Below are positions 21,118-34,850 of a stretch of 64,000 bases of DNA, piece by piece. The stretch comes from Selaginella moellendorffii (lineage: Eukaryota; Plantae; Lycopodiophyta), in the NCBI RefSeq assembly GCF_000143415.4, contig NW_003314366.1, forward strand, positions 62,001 to 126,000. The letters are read 5' to 3'. The stretch's first letter is position 1. Each line of letters opens with the position of its first letter. Both the position numbers and the translations under genes were made by a program. The notes below the pieces were generated by a model, which was not told where the DNA came from, searched no databases, and worked only from the letters and a program-made list of their open reading frames with translations.

Positions 21118-24100
21118 TGTAATTGACTAATTTTTCCATTCTACTTTAGTCACTTAACCACACCTTCGACCACTTGGAGGAGTCTCATTCACAACCTCCA
21201 TAAGTCCCATTCAGGACTTGGGGCTTGCTAACCCCGAGAATGGCATCCATGCCACTCAACCTTTGCACTTGGTCCAAGTGCTCCACGTGTCCGATCCCAT
21301 AACCGACACCCTAAGGTACCACCGATATATGAGCCCGTTACGCTAGGCCATGCTCCTTCACTTTGGTCATATCAGTGGTCTAACACCACCTGCATTGCAA
21401 TCCCGTCTCTCCAAGACTGGGCCATCCGTCCATAAGTGATCATCCCAAATCCACTCCTTGCATCCTTAGGATGCCCTCAGACATGGGGAATAGCCTTCCC
21501 CAATATCCCCTTTCTGGTCCCCACCAAGTCCCTTTCTGCTCAGGGCCGTGTTTGCCAACACTGCCACTGGATCGAGGCCCACAGGCCCGACCACTAAGTC
21601 CCACGGTCCTCTGGGACTTCCTCGCCACACGACTATATCTTTGGTCTTTACTCCAGAGGACTACTCCTCTTCCTTTCCACAGTCTGGGACTTTGGGACAA
21701 CATTTCGGAACACCGTGGCCCTACACGGGCCTCATGGGTACTCTCCCCGCCTTCCGCCTCTAGGTGCTCTAGCCATGGGCTTAGAGCGAGGTTCCGTTGA
21801 GCCACGCTAGGTATCCAAGTAGGTAGTGCCACCCACACTTGGACTGGGAGCATCGGCCAGTCGATCTCCCGGGGGAACTAGAGCCGGCTCTTGAACACTT
21901 CACCAAGCTACCTCACTTGTCGGTCCGTATTCACTCTAGTCTTGGACTTCCCAGTGGTCAGTTCATCACCCAACACTGGGTCTGGCCTTCCTGGGCCAAA
22001 CTGGCCTTTCCTGGCCAAACTGGCTCCACTGCAGTCCTCCCCCTTACTATACTTTTGGAGCTCACCAAACCCCCCAGGGTCTGGGAGACGAACGCTTTGG
22101 GCTTTCACCCTCTCAAACTCGAACTCGGACTCGGACTCGGACTTGGACTCGGACTCGGACTCGGACTCGGACTCGGACTCAGGCTCGGTCTCGGCCTCCG
22201 CCTCGGTCTCGGTCTCGGTCCCGGTCCCGGTCTCGGTCTCGGTCTCGGTCTCGGTCCCGGTCTCGGTCCCGGTCTTGGTCTCGACCTCGGACTCCATCTC
22301 GGGTCCTTCTCGGACTCCATCTCGGATTCCATCTCGGGTCCATCTCGGACTCCATCTCGGCCTCTATCTCGGTCCATCTCGGACTCCATCTCGGTCCATC
22401 TCGGACTCCATCTCGGACTCCACTTCGGACTCCATCTCGGACTCCACCTCGGACTCCATCTCGGACTCCGTCTTGGTCCAGCTCGGACTCCATCTCGGAT
22501 TCCACCTCGGACTCCACCTCGGACTCCATCTCGGACTCCATCTCGGACTCCACCTTGGACTCCATCTCGAACTCCATCTTGGTCCATCTCGGACTCCATC
22601 TAGGACTCCAACTCGGGTCCATCTCGGACTCCATCTCGAACACTTCCACGTGTCATGTGTTGGTCCTTTTGGGTCCCTTTTTGGAGCCTCGCTTATTGCT
22701 CGCTTTGTGCTTGTTCCTCGAGCACTTTGTTGGGAGTTCCACTCCCGCTCTCGATCTTTCAAGTCGAAGCTTTTAGTCCAAACGTGTTACGCTTGTTTGG
22801 CTTTCGCTTCGTCCACTACCATGTGGCACCCTTCCGGCTCCACTTTGGGGCCTAGGGATTTTGTGTTTCACAACTCCACCACCCATAAATGAAGTTCGAT
22901 GTCCTCATCGAACGGTAAACCCTTTTATAAAGTAACACCCGCAGGTATTACCATTTCCATCCTTGGCACCCAGCCAATATTTGTCTATGGTTTGACCCCG
23001 AAGGCTCACCATGCCTTGTCCATCCTCTAAGGAGCATAGTCTCTCCAACATAGAGACTCACTCGACCACCTAGGGTGGTTTGCTCCCTTTTATTGGTTCA
23101 GTTCTCGCTAAACCCGTTAGAGACACCCTCTCTAACTCAATTCCACTACTCATTCTCTAGTAGTTTCAGATTCTATTGACATAACCTCTGCATTTTGGAA
23201 CTTTTAATTTTGACTTCTCCAAGTCAATTTCCCAGGTGTCTCCGACACTTTATGTTGCACATGGTGCAACTCCACTTCCCTATCCTAGGAAGTTCTTTAC
23301 TTGAGGGTACCATCATCCTCTCTTCGATATCGTGCCACCTTTAGGCACTAAGTTCCAGTTATCATAATTGGTGCTAGGGCTGCCCATGGCCCTATTATTT
23401 GGCTACCTTACCGCTCCCCCCTTTGGAGCATCCACTTTCGCCAAATCGGAGCAATTGGGAATCCATCCTTGGGGAAACATTGCCTTTCCCACATTCCATT
23501 AGCACCCAACACATTAGTGTTCTCGGCCTAACTTTGCCATTTGGATTCTTTCCCATGATTCCCATGGCTCTTTTCTTAGCCACTAGTCTTTTGCTCCTAT
23601 CCTTGATTGTTGCACCCAGCAACATAAGATCGCTACCTCCATTTTTGAGGTTTCCTTTCGGTTCCATAGCAAACACTTTGTTTTTCCAAGTCTAGAGGGT
23701 GTTCACCTCTAGTACGTCTCTTTAACATTTTCTGTCGTGGGCTCTATCCACGGCCCAACTTTTTGAGACCCTCCCTTGGATCTCTTATAGAAACTACTTT
23801 CCTTGGACTTACTATGCTATAGCATTGACATAGTTCATTTCCCTTAGATATTCTTTCCACTTGGTCACCTCGACCAAGCCACACCTTTATCAATAGTTCA
23901 AATCAACACTTTGAACTAGGAATCATATTCCTTAACCCAAACAAAGACTTTGTCCTTGTTTAGCCACAAGATCACCTAGTGATCTCATCTTGACCCCTTA
24001 ATAGGTTTATCAATAGGAACTAGGTTTTCCAAACCCTTCTAAGTTGTTGACTATGACCCTGGGGGCATCCCCCACACTTGGCGGTGCGCCCAAGCTAGCC

Positions 24101-27100
24101 CTTTCGGCCAAGGATCCATAGCAACTGAGACTTGGGTGTCTCCATCTCATTCACCACGTCTTTGGTGCCCTTTGCACCAAAGTGTTCAAGTTAGATATGC
24201 CAAGCTTTCACTCTAAGAAATCTAACCGTGCATCACGACTCCGAGGCATCCCTCGCTTGGCGGTGTGCCCAAACCAATCTCCTCACTGAGAGTCCATGAC
24301 CACCGAAATATGAGTGTCCTCATATTCCAAACCATCACCACGCCCTAGTGATTTGGGACTCGAACCCAAGCACTAGAGGGTTGGGACTCGAACCCAACCT
24401 CCGTATATGCATCTACGGACGGCATCACCCTAGATGCCTGGCGTGACTCCCCACGCCGGTGCACCAACTTTTATTTAAAGCACGCTACAGATCACAGCTT
24501 AGGAACCTAGTTCCTCCACACTGCCAAATCCTCTCACTTGACACGTCTGTGATCATGCATGGACTCCTCCATGTTTGACCCCATGACCCACCCTTTTTGA
24601 AGTTATCACCTTCAACTAGGGTATTTGTTCCCCCGACTTGCCAATCTCGCTTGGCAAGTCCTCTGACCACTGTAACATGGTTCCTGCATAAGCGTGGAAG
24701 TCCTTGACCATCAACTTTCGTTCAAAGCCCTCTCTTTGAACACTTGGGAACTACTTCCCTAACCTTGATAGCCTTGTCTCATGGCAAGCTTTAAGACCAC
24801 GCTTCTACTGCGCCACTCTGATTTCGCACGTTCCATTTACCATTCACACTTGGCCTCTCTAGGTACTAAGCTACCTAGAATCATCTTTGGGAACCTTGAA
24901 GGAACTTTGTCCCTTAACTTGCTAAGGCCTCCCTTTTCGCAAGCTTTATAATTTCCATATAGTCTAACATGGACAATTCCATATTTTAGACTCTCTATGG
25001 CATCTCGGTTGCTAGCAACAACATCCTCGAGCACCCTCTTAGTTCTCCACTCCCAACTTGCATAACCACCGTTGGATATGCCCTTCGATTTCTATGGTTC
25101 AATTCCATCCCAATACTACTTGCCTTTTGGCCCCATATGTTTCCTTTGGTTATTCTCCTCCAGACTAGGAGGATAGCTTTGCACATTTTACTATGCCTTA
25201 GCAAGTATTCTTAAGGATGAACTTACCCGATAGCCTAGGGAGTGGTTCCTCAATCTTGGGCATGCTCACCTTATAATCCCACACACCGGGATTAACGTTG
25301 CTGCTTTTGGGCCTTTACATGCCCATCACCAGCCTTGCCAAACTTCCATTTTTGGCTTTGTCCAATCCAGGTAGACAGTCTTCTCCTATCTCCACAACCT
25401 TGGACATTTGGATAGCACCTTCTATCCATCATTTGTTAAGGACTTAGTCCCTTGGGCCTTATCTATTACCCTTGCGACACGAAACACCACCTCTTGGTGT
25501 TCTAGAGTGTTTGGGTGTCCCAATGATAGCCTCTTGACAATGAGCATTCCTGTTCACGACATTAACTTACTATATCGCAACATAAGCAATTTATCCCCCG
25601 TAAGGGTATATCTAACTTCCTTATGCTATTAAGAAGTCTTGGGTAGCTACCCTCTACCCGTTTAACCAATTATCTTGCACCTCTTGCTTAGTTGCCTCAT
25701 AGTTGTCAAGTCCTACAACTCATTGCTGGTGCTTCCACACCTCCATCATTGTTTTGGTCACCACACTCTACCACATGCCTTCCAACTTAGGCTATGCTAT
25801 TCCCATTTCTGTTGGGATTCCCTTGGCAAGGGGTTCTTATAAACCCACCAACATAACCTCAAAGTATCACACCTTGGCACATTTGGTGTCTCCACACCAT
25901 TGGCCCCATGAGCCTATCCTTATGACACTACTTATTAGTGTCTAGGTCTTTGCCAAGACCAATATAGTTGTTCCTCATACTAATTATCCGTTAGCACCGC
26001 ACCATAGTATTTGCACCCAACTCTGGGCCAAAGTTGTTTTCTTTTGGGAACATCTTTCCCACAACTTTAGTATGGCACATTCTGCCATCAATGAGATACC
26101 TATTGTTCTCATACTTGGATCTTTTATGATCCTCCCCATACCTCATGGGGCACCATACAACTCAGTCCACATGCTTCAACCAATCCCTTAGGACCATTCC
26201 CTGACTCTACTTGAGTCATCCAGGATTTTGGACTTTGTTAATCCAACAACCTGCGAGGTCTCAGTCTTAGCGGTGCCAACTCACTGGAATACAACTTCTT
26301 GTATTCATGTCTTACTCACAAGGACAATCTTTGCAAGTGTTACTCTGACACTTGATGATTTTCTTGGGGCTAACCTTTGCCCGTTAGGACTACTTGTCCA
26401 TGTGATGAACATAGCAACTCATCTTTAAGTACACCCCCAACTCCTTGGGTTGTTCCAGCATTTATTAGAGGTAGCCCCGGCTACCATTTCAAGGACTGGT
26501 GTCCTCTTCTGTATTTGACCTCCCACGGTCAACAATTCCGGTCTCAAATTTATGAGTACCAGCCTTAACCATATATGGGTAATCTTGTGACTCCTTTACT
26601 CTATTGGAGTCTGCATCTTTCCCGTGATCCCACTATAGTTGTTTACCACAACTATGTTAGCCTGTTTGCTGCGTCAAATGCTCATCTGGATCACATCCTC
26701 ACTCAATGAGGAAAGCTTTACACTGTTCCCAAGATCCCAAAGTCGTTCCCTTACTGGCCCCTTTTTTTTATTTTTTATCCACCACCTTGCCTACAAATTC
26801 ACACGTGAACTGTAGTGGAGAGCCATGTCTTCCTGACTTGCTACTCCTCAAGGACAAGCCCACTCTTAGGACCTTCCGATGCCAACACTAGTGGTGATAT
26901 ACTTGAGCACCAATAAAAGTCAGACTAAGGAATAGCTCCGATACCAAATTGTAATTGACTAATTTTTCCATTCTACTTTAGTCACTTAACCATACCTTTG
27001 ACCACTTGGAGGAGTCTCATTCACAACCTCCATAAGTCCCATTCAGGACTTGGGGCTTGCTAGCCCCGAGAATGGCATCCATGCCACTCAACCTTTGCAC

Positions 27101-28710
27101 TTGGTCCAAGTGCTCCACGTGTCCGATCCCATGACCGACACCCCAAGGTACCACCGATATATGAGCCCGTTACGCTAGGCCATGCTCCTTCACCTTGGTC
27201 ATATCGGTGGTCTAACACCACCTGCATTGCAATCCCGTCTCTCCAAGACTGGGCCATCCGTCCATAAGTGATCATCCCAAATCCACTCCTTGCATCCTTA
27301 GGATGCCCTCAGACATGGGGAATAGCCTTCCCCAATATCCCCTTTCTGGTCCCCACCAAGTCCCTTTCTGCTCAGGGCCGTGTTTGCCAACACTGCCACT
27401 GGATTGAGGCCCACAGGCCCGACCACTAAGTCCCACGGTCCTCTGGGACTTCCTCGCCACATGACTGTATCTTTGGTCTCTACTCCAGAGGACTACTCCT
27501 CTTCCTTTCCACAGTCTGGGACTTTGGGACAACATTTCGGAACACCGTGGCCCTACACGGGCCTCATGGGTACTCTCCCCGCCTTCCGCCTCTAGGTGCT
27601 CTAGCCATGGGCTTAGAGCGAGGTTCCGTTGAGCCACGCTAGGTATCCAAGTAGGTAGTGCCACCCACACTTGGACTGGGAGCATCGGCCAGTCGATCTC
27701 TTGGGGGAACTAGAGCCGGCTCTTGAACACTTCACCAAGTTACCTCACTTGTCGGTCCGTATTCACTCTAGTCTTGGACTTCCCAGTGGTCAGTTCATCA
27801 CCCAACACTGGGTCTGGCCTTCTTGGGCCAAACTGGCCTTTCCTGGCCAAACTGGCTCCACTGCAGTCCTCCCCCTTACTATACTTTTGGAGCTCACCAA
27901 ACCCCCCAGGGTCTAGGAGACGAACGCTTTGGGCTTTCACCCTCTCAGACTCGGACTCGGACTCGGACTCGGACTCGGACTCGGACTCGGACTCGGACTC
28001 GGGCTCGGTCTCGGCCTCCGCCTCGGTCTCGGTCTCGGTCCCGGTCCCGGTCTCGGTCTCGGTCTTGGTCTCGGTCTCGGTCCCGGTCTCGGTCTCGACC
28101 TCGGACTCCATCTCGGGTCCTTCTCGGACTCCATCTCGGATTCCATCTCGGGTCCATCTCGGACTCCATCTCGGCCTCTGTCTCGGTCCATCTCGGACTC
28201 CATCTCGGACTCCGTCTCGGTCCATCTCGGACTCCATCTCGGACTCCACTTCGGACTCCATCTCGGACTCCACCTCGGACTCCACCTCGGACTCCATCTC
28301 GGACTCCGTCTCGGTCCAGCTCGGACTCCATCTCGGACTCCACCTCGGACTCCACCTCGGACTCCATCTCGGACTCCATCTCAGACTCCACCTTGGACTC
28401 CATCTCGGACTCCGTCTTGGTCCATCTCGGACTCCATCTCGGACTCCAACTCGGGTCCATCTCGGACACCATCTCGGACACTTCCACGTGTCATGTGTTG
28501 GTCCTTTTGGGTCCCTTTTTGGAGCCTCGCTTATTGCTCGCTTCATGCTTGTTCCTCGAGCACTTTGTTGGGAGTTCCACTCCCGCTCTCGATCTTTCAA
28601 GTCGGAGCTTTTAGTCCAAACGTGTTTCGCTCGTTTGGCTTTCGCTTCGGCCACTACCACGTGGCACCCTTCCGGCTCCACTTTGGGGCCTAGGGATTTT
28701 GTGTCTCACA
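21118..28710 (-). mobile_element. Complete family A element (copy 3) inserted in element C integrase
   Basis: 3' LTR 21118-22872, 5' LTR 26950-28710, PBS ~26935-26946, PPT-like GGGTGGTGGAG ~22874-22884. Degenerate TSD CACAA/CGCAG. ~4.1 kb non-coding internal region. Confidence 0.92.
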
Positions 28711-29510
28711 CGCAGGTGGACGATGATGGGAGTTGTAGCGCTGTTGTTGTCCCACTTGTACACGGCCTAAGTGTTCGGCAAACTCCGCTCAGACAAGTGG
28801 AAGAATGCTAGTCAAATATTGATCCCATGACCTAGCATCCGCAGCTCGTGGCAATCGCGAAGGTAAACCCAGCTCCGTTGGTAATATTGGATCATGACCA
28901 TATAAGAGTTTATATGGTGAAGCACCAACAGAACTCTACACCCAGTGACATATGCATACCGAAGAGACGGCAAATAACCATCCCAATCTGAATGCTGAAA
29001 GTTCACATATTTTGCAATCATCCCCTTGAACATCTGAACAAGCCGTTCCACCAGACCGTTTGATTGTGGATGATAAACACTCGTGAAAGTGTGGCGAATC
29101 CCCAACCGAGACGTCAAAACATGAAATGCCTCAGCCATAAATGTGGGACCATTATCCGAAAGAATCCGCTCTGGACAAGAATGTTGGAACACCACTTGAT
29201 TGAGGAGGAAGTATCCAACAGCAATTGCAGAGGCGCTAGCAAGAGCACCAACTTCCACCCAACGAGTCAAATAGTCAGAAGCATTAATAACATACTCATT
29301 GCCAAGAGTCGACCGTGGAAAAGGTCCCATAAGATCAAACACCACCAACTCAAACGGACGAGAAATTGCAATTGACTCCAACCGTCCTTCCGCAGCCCGA
29401 GGGGGAGTATTACGAGCTTGGCACCAAACGAAGCTATGCACATACCGGATAATATCATGTCGCATCTCCGGCCAATAGAAAGACTTGCGTAGCTTCTCGA
29501 TTACACGGCT
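28711..29510 (-). pseudogene. Gypsy integrase zinc-finger/core (rve) fragment of element C
   Basis: RVIEKLRKSFYWPEMRHDI..VHSFVWCQ, PFELVVFDLMGPFPRS, DYLTRW, ILSDNGPTF, YHPQSNGLVER (D,D-35-E). Continues into 21117 across the family A insertion. Confidence 0.92.
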
Positions 29511-31135
29511 AGTTTTATTCAGACTCGTTGCACTCATCTTCACTTTATTATTTATGTTCGGCCTCACTCCACTATTGCATCTGTTTGGCCTCACTATGTT
29601 AAAGTTAAATGTTCCATTTGGATTCACTATGCTTGTCCTCACTCCATAATTTATGTCATTTGTCTTTACTCTATTACCATATCCATTTGTCTTCATTCTA
29701 TCATCGAAGCTGAACTCCTATCCATCCCCTCTACCCCCTCTAAAGAAAAAAAGTTTGACGTGGCAAGGAAAGTGAAAAAACTTAAGGAAAAACCATTATG
29801 GAAGAAGAAAAAGTGGATAAAGAAGTATTAAAAGAGGAATTTGCAGTAGTTGGCAACAATATAAACAAAAGATTCACAACACTCAACTTCCTCATCATAT
29901 AATTTAACACTTAAGACAGGAAAATTAATAGAAATGTCCACACTCTCAAAATAACACATAAACTCTTCAACATCAATGATAAAATAAAGGCTCTCAAGTG
30001 GGGATACACATTTAACTTAAAACTTTGGTCAAAGTGACTTAACCTTATATTTACACAAGCACTAAGGATATCTTGATTGTGTTGTAGTGTTGACGGCACT
30101 GGTGATGATGGTTTCCCTGATGGTAATGGGTGGTTCTCTCCATAAAAGTTTCAACAGAACAGAAGTAAGTGTTTGCACACCTGAAAAAGAAAGAACACAA
30201 TATTGCAGTGGTGGAGACTGCCAAATTGCCAAGCAGGAAGGCTTGCACCTTAATCTGTCTAAGGCACGTTTTTCTTCACGTCAAGGACGAGTCTCACACC
30301 TTGGGCAATGGACATCTCGGATGCATGTAGCACGTAGTTGCTTTTGCCCCACTTCGGAAACCGCCCACTTGTGACCTGCCTTGAAATATTGCTGGAGTTC
30401 TTCCGAAACTTCACGGCGATGCTGCTTCTGGGATCCCATGGGAAAGGAGTGTTCTGTTACTTCAATCTTGTACTGCTCTCTGGAATGAGTAAACCATTCT
30501 CGATACACTCATATAGGTCAGAAGGAAGATCGAAGGTGAATGGACCTTTTGCACTAATCTGGACCCATAGTCTGGAAAATGCCTGAACCGATCTGAGCTC
30601 TCTCTGAAAAGTCGACTATGAGTCGTCTGCATGGAAAGCAAAACAGGTGACCAGATCCGTCGCTCGATCCACTCACTAACACCGTTGGACTCTGGAGCAA
30701 TAAGAACAAGAAAATCAATAGACAGATTCCATCCACATAAAATGGCAGCCCCAGCCAGACATCAAACCATACAGAGAGCTGAAACAAACTAGTAGCCCAC
30801 AAAGACCAATAGTGTGAGAAGTTCCGGGCTGAAATGTAGACCTGCTCAGGCCGTCTTCCCTAGCCTCTAGAATTCTCTCCTTGACCTTGCATACACCCTG
30901 ACCGTTAACTAAGTAATTGAATTACAGGAGCTCTTTCACAGGGTTGACACCACCATGCTTGCCAGCTATCTGCGTGACCCTTCATCACATGCCACTTGGT
31001 AGTTGTAACATCCAAATTCCTGAACAGCAGCGTCTAATCAACCCTACAAATTCTTGTGAACTTCTTTCCTACCATTCTTAAGGACCATCACTGCTTCGGT
31101 TGAAGAACAAGGTTCTTCGATACCAACTCGAACAA

Positions 31136-31235
31136 NNNNNNNNNNNNNNNNNNNNNNNNNNNNNNNNNNNNNNNNNNNNNNNNNNNNNNNNNNNNNNNNN
31201 NNNNNNNNNNNNNNNNNNNNNNNNNNNNNNNNNNN
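31136..31235. other. Assembly gap (100 N)
   Basis: Run of N. Confidence 1.
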
Positions 31236-31258
31236 TAACTTGCTTGATTACTTTTCCT

Positions 31259-34200
31259 CTATCCCGTGTTTTGCATTCCTGCCGCGATTCCTTTCATGGT
31301 GAGAATGATGGTGTCTTCCAGGCCAGGAGCGTACTCGGTTGTGGTGTTAAGCTCCACAAGCTCTTCCGCCGATGCGCTGTTTGCGTTGGTCCTCGGCATT
31401 GGCGCATCGTCCGGCTCGATCTGCCGCATCTTCTTCAGCGTGTAGGCCTGCTGCACGTTGAGCGTCGTGATGAATGGCTCACGGAGTCGAAGCCGCTGCT
31501 TGAGCGTCGGGTTTTCCTCAAGAAGTTCCGAGTGGCAAGCCACCTGACCAAGAAAACACTTGCTGAGAAAAGGCAAGAAAAACATGAACACTGTACCTCT
31601 AGGAGGAGCTTTCGCGTTTCCTCGTATTTCCCTCTCAGCTTCTTCCCAATGTCCTGCAGCTCCGGAGACACAAGGAGCCTGTCGTATAGCTCGGCAATCC
31701 GGGGGTCTCCCTTGGCGAAAACCATCTCCACGAGGTCGACGGTGACCCGGAAGAAAGGCCACTCGCGGTACATAGCCTGGAGCATCTTGAGCGTCTGTGG
31801 ATTCCCGTCAATTACATCCTTGAAGGCTTCACCGAATCCAAGCCACACCGGAAGATGGAACCGCGTCTGCGTCCATGCAAATATCCACGGGATTGCCCGG
31901 AGAGACTCAATACCCCCGCTTGGCTTTCTCTTGGATGGCCGGCTTCCAATGTTCATGCGTCCATACTCCAGCTCTGGTGTCGCCTATCGCACAGAGAGAG
32001 CCCTTAGCACAATGCAACAGTACGAAAGCTATGAGCACATACCATTCGAAAGTAGTGCACGAACTGCGGGTCTTTGAAAACCACGGATCGGTAAGCCTCT
32101 GTGGCAATCGCGGCCATTTCGTCCATAAGTTTCCGCCAGTCTTCTTTCGGCGCGGTCGGAGGATGCATTCCGTGCTCCAGCGTTGCAGCTGTGAAACGTT
32201 GGAGCGTTCTGAAGCACAAGTGCTCCTCCCCAAAGGACTGCTCAATAACTTCGCCTTGGATGGTCACACGCAGCGAGCCATCGATGGTGTCCCGAGGCTG
32301 TGACAGAATAGCCAAATGCGTCGGACCACCACCTCTGCCAACGGTTCCTCCGCGGCCGTGGAACATCGTCAACTTAACACCAAACTGCTTTGCCACCTTG
32401 ACAAGCTCTTCCTGGCACTTGTAAAGCTGCCATGCCGCTGAAAAACGACCAGCGTCCTTCCCAGAGTCAGAGTAGCCGATCATTACCTCCTGCTTTCCTT
32501 TGATGCGGTTGCGGTACCAGTCGATGGAAAAGAGGCGAGTGAGGCTTGCAGGAGCAGCCTCTAAGTCGGCCAGCTTCTCAAACAGGGGAACCACCCGCAG
32601 AGGCACGTTGACGCGGCACTCGCGCTGGAGAAGTTCCACCACCAAAACATCCGACGGGGCCGTCGCCATTGAGATGATGTACGCTCCAAAACAGTCGGTT
32701 GGAAGCTCCGCAATCACATGGAACGTCTCAAGCACATCCTTGATCTCATCTGTTTTCGGTAAATCTGCTCCAAATAACGGACGCTTCCCGCGTAGCTCTG
32801 CTAGAAGCCACTCTTGGCGCTCCTCCTCTGTCCAGCTCCGGTAAGAACCAATGCCCAAGTGCGTGGTGATTGCGTCCATTACATCCGTGTGCCGGTCCGA
32901 CTCTTGCCTGATGTCAAGCCTGACTAAGCCGAGGCCAAAGCAAGAGACCTGACGCATGAAATCTAGCAAGCTGCCGTCCGCTATAAGTTTGTCGCCAGTA
33001 GAGCATAGCGAGCGGTAACACAGCTCCAGTGGTTCAAGGATCTAACAGAGACAAACACCGGTCAAAACAAAACATGTAAGTCACAGTGGACAGTACCTCC
33101 TCAACGGACGAAAAAGCCTCTTCTTCATTCACGTCGGACTTTCCAGTCGCAAGAATTTGGCGAGCACGCTCTCTCGTCCGATACAATCTATCACGTATAT
33201 CACCAAGAATAACACGGAAGGGCTCGTTGGAAGGAATTGGCTTCCAAAACTCTGTCACAGCAGCTGAGGTAATCCGTTCAAAAGAATACAACAAAACACA
33301 GACCTTTGTAGTGTTTGGCGTCCTCTTTCGTACGAAGTTCCAGCTGAGCCACTCTAGCACGAAGTTCCTCATTGCACCGCCACATAGAGAGCTGGCACAG
33401 CAAGAGGGCGTCAGAAAACGTTAAGAAAAACAACAAAAAATACCTCGAACATAAGATCTTCAATCTGAGAAAAGTACAAACTTGACGCCATCAGCCTTGC
33501 CAACAAGCACACGTCCCTTGTTACTTCCGGAGTGACACGGGGATTACCTGCAAAAATGCATAAAAAAACGATAGTCCTACAGAGGACAAGCTTGCTTACC
33601 ATCCCTGTCTCCTCCCATCCACGAAGAAAACTGAATGAGAGGTACATTGTAAGGCAGTCGCTCGTTTATCCCGATCGCTTTCAGCGCGGTGTCTACCCGC
33701 CGGAGAAATTTGGGGAGACAATTCCAGATTGTTTCGTGGAAGTAGCTCATTCCGGCTCGCATCTCATCCTGAGGTGTTGGTGGTGTGCGCCTAATCTCGT
33801 CAGTCCGAAAGGCCGCTTGGACCTGGCAGTCAAAACGGTGTTATAAGCACGAAACTAATCCCGCGGTGTGTGTGGATGGACTTACTTCTCTGTGGAGCGC
33901 CTCTTCGAGTTCCTGCTTCTCATCGGGAGTGATATCGTCTTTGTACAGCTCCGACAGGCAGCTCCGAATCCTAAGTACAAGCAAACAACGCAAAAAAGTC
34001 AGTGCTTGACACGTAAAAGTGATGGACGTGATGGTGTGGACGACTTCGGCCTAGAGAATAGAGAAGAGCGAAGAGAAAAGCAAGAAAAAAGCTAGTCCAT
34101 GAAAACTACCTGGAATGCTTTTGGAGCAGCGAGCGTCGGATGGATTGCGTTGGATGCGCAGTGAGCACGAGATCCACCGTCTGTGTCTTCAAGGCCTCGA

Positions 34201-34743
34201 AAATCTCTTGCGGCGACTTTCCCAATTTCATGAGCCTCCGGAAAGTCTCCTCGATGTCTGACTCCGTGAGAGCGCTGTTCTCGTCGCCAATCCCTCCCGA
34301 CTTCTCACTCACCCTCCTGCGATGAGCAATCTGGACCTCCTCCGCCAGGTTCCCCAGATTGAGCATGTGAGACAGCGAGCTCGCAATCACAATCGCTGGC
34401 CCTGGCTGCAAGCTCTTCACCAAATTGCCCAGATCTTCCAGCTTTGCCGGATCGCCGCACCCCTCGGCCTGTCCATACTGACCGGAGAGCTCGTAGCAGC
34501 GATGCACCTGGGAGAAATTCGAATTCGATGGATGAATCGATCCCAAATCCATGGCGGTGAGAGGGCTAGGAAACATACCAGCTCCCGCATTTCCTCGCCG
34601 TGAAGATCCTTGAGCACCGACAAGAAGTGATTGAGTAGCAGCATGTCGTACTCGATCAGCTTGTCATCGGCGGTGACCTTAGTCGGGACGAGCAGGCGCA
34701 TGCGATCGTCGATGGAAACCATTTTGCGCAGCGACAGCGCCAT
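31259..34743 (-). CDS. PPC: Plant-type phosphoenolpyruvate carboxylase, 10 exons, C3-type residues
   Basis: N-terminal RKMVSID phospho-motif, [59 protein letters not shown]-terminal MQNTG; GT-AG introns. Confidence 0.98.
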
Positions 34744-34850
34744 GGCTTAAGAGCTCTCCTGTCTCGCTCGCTAGAACCCTAAATCCAAAAAACCAAGACG
34801 AAAGAAGAAGACAATACACCATTTTTTAGGGCTCTTCCCCTGTGCCCGCG

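Noticed and set aside
1-28710. Retrozyme (hammerhead ribozyme in LTR)
   Set aside because: No CUGANGA...GAAA core with proper stems found by eye in the LTRs; an Infernal search would be needed to exclude it fully.
29510-29696. N-terminal extension of the 294-aa integrase ORF (GVRPN-like repeats)
   Set aside because: A degenerate ~27-bp repeat fused by chance to a truncated integrase; not RT/RNaseH-like.
30270-31135. Possible additional LTR element start (minus-strand TGGTATCGAAG next to the gap)
   Set aside because: PBS-like only; no LTR or recognisable gag, and truncated by the gap.
31100-32077. 325-aa plus-strand ORF
   Set aside because: Spans the N gap and is the antisense shadow of PEPC exons.
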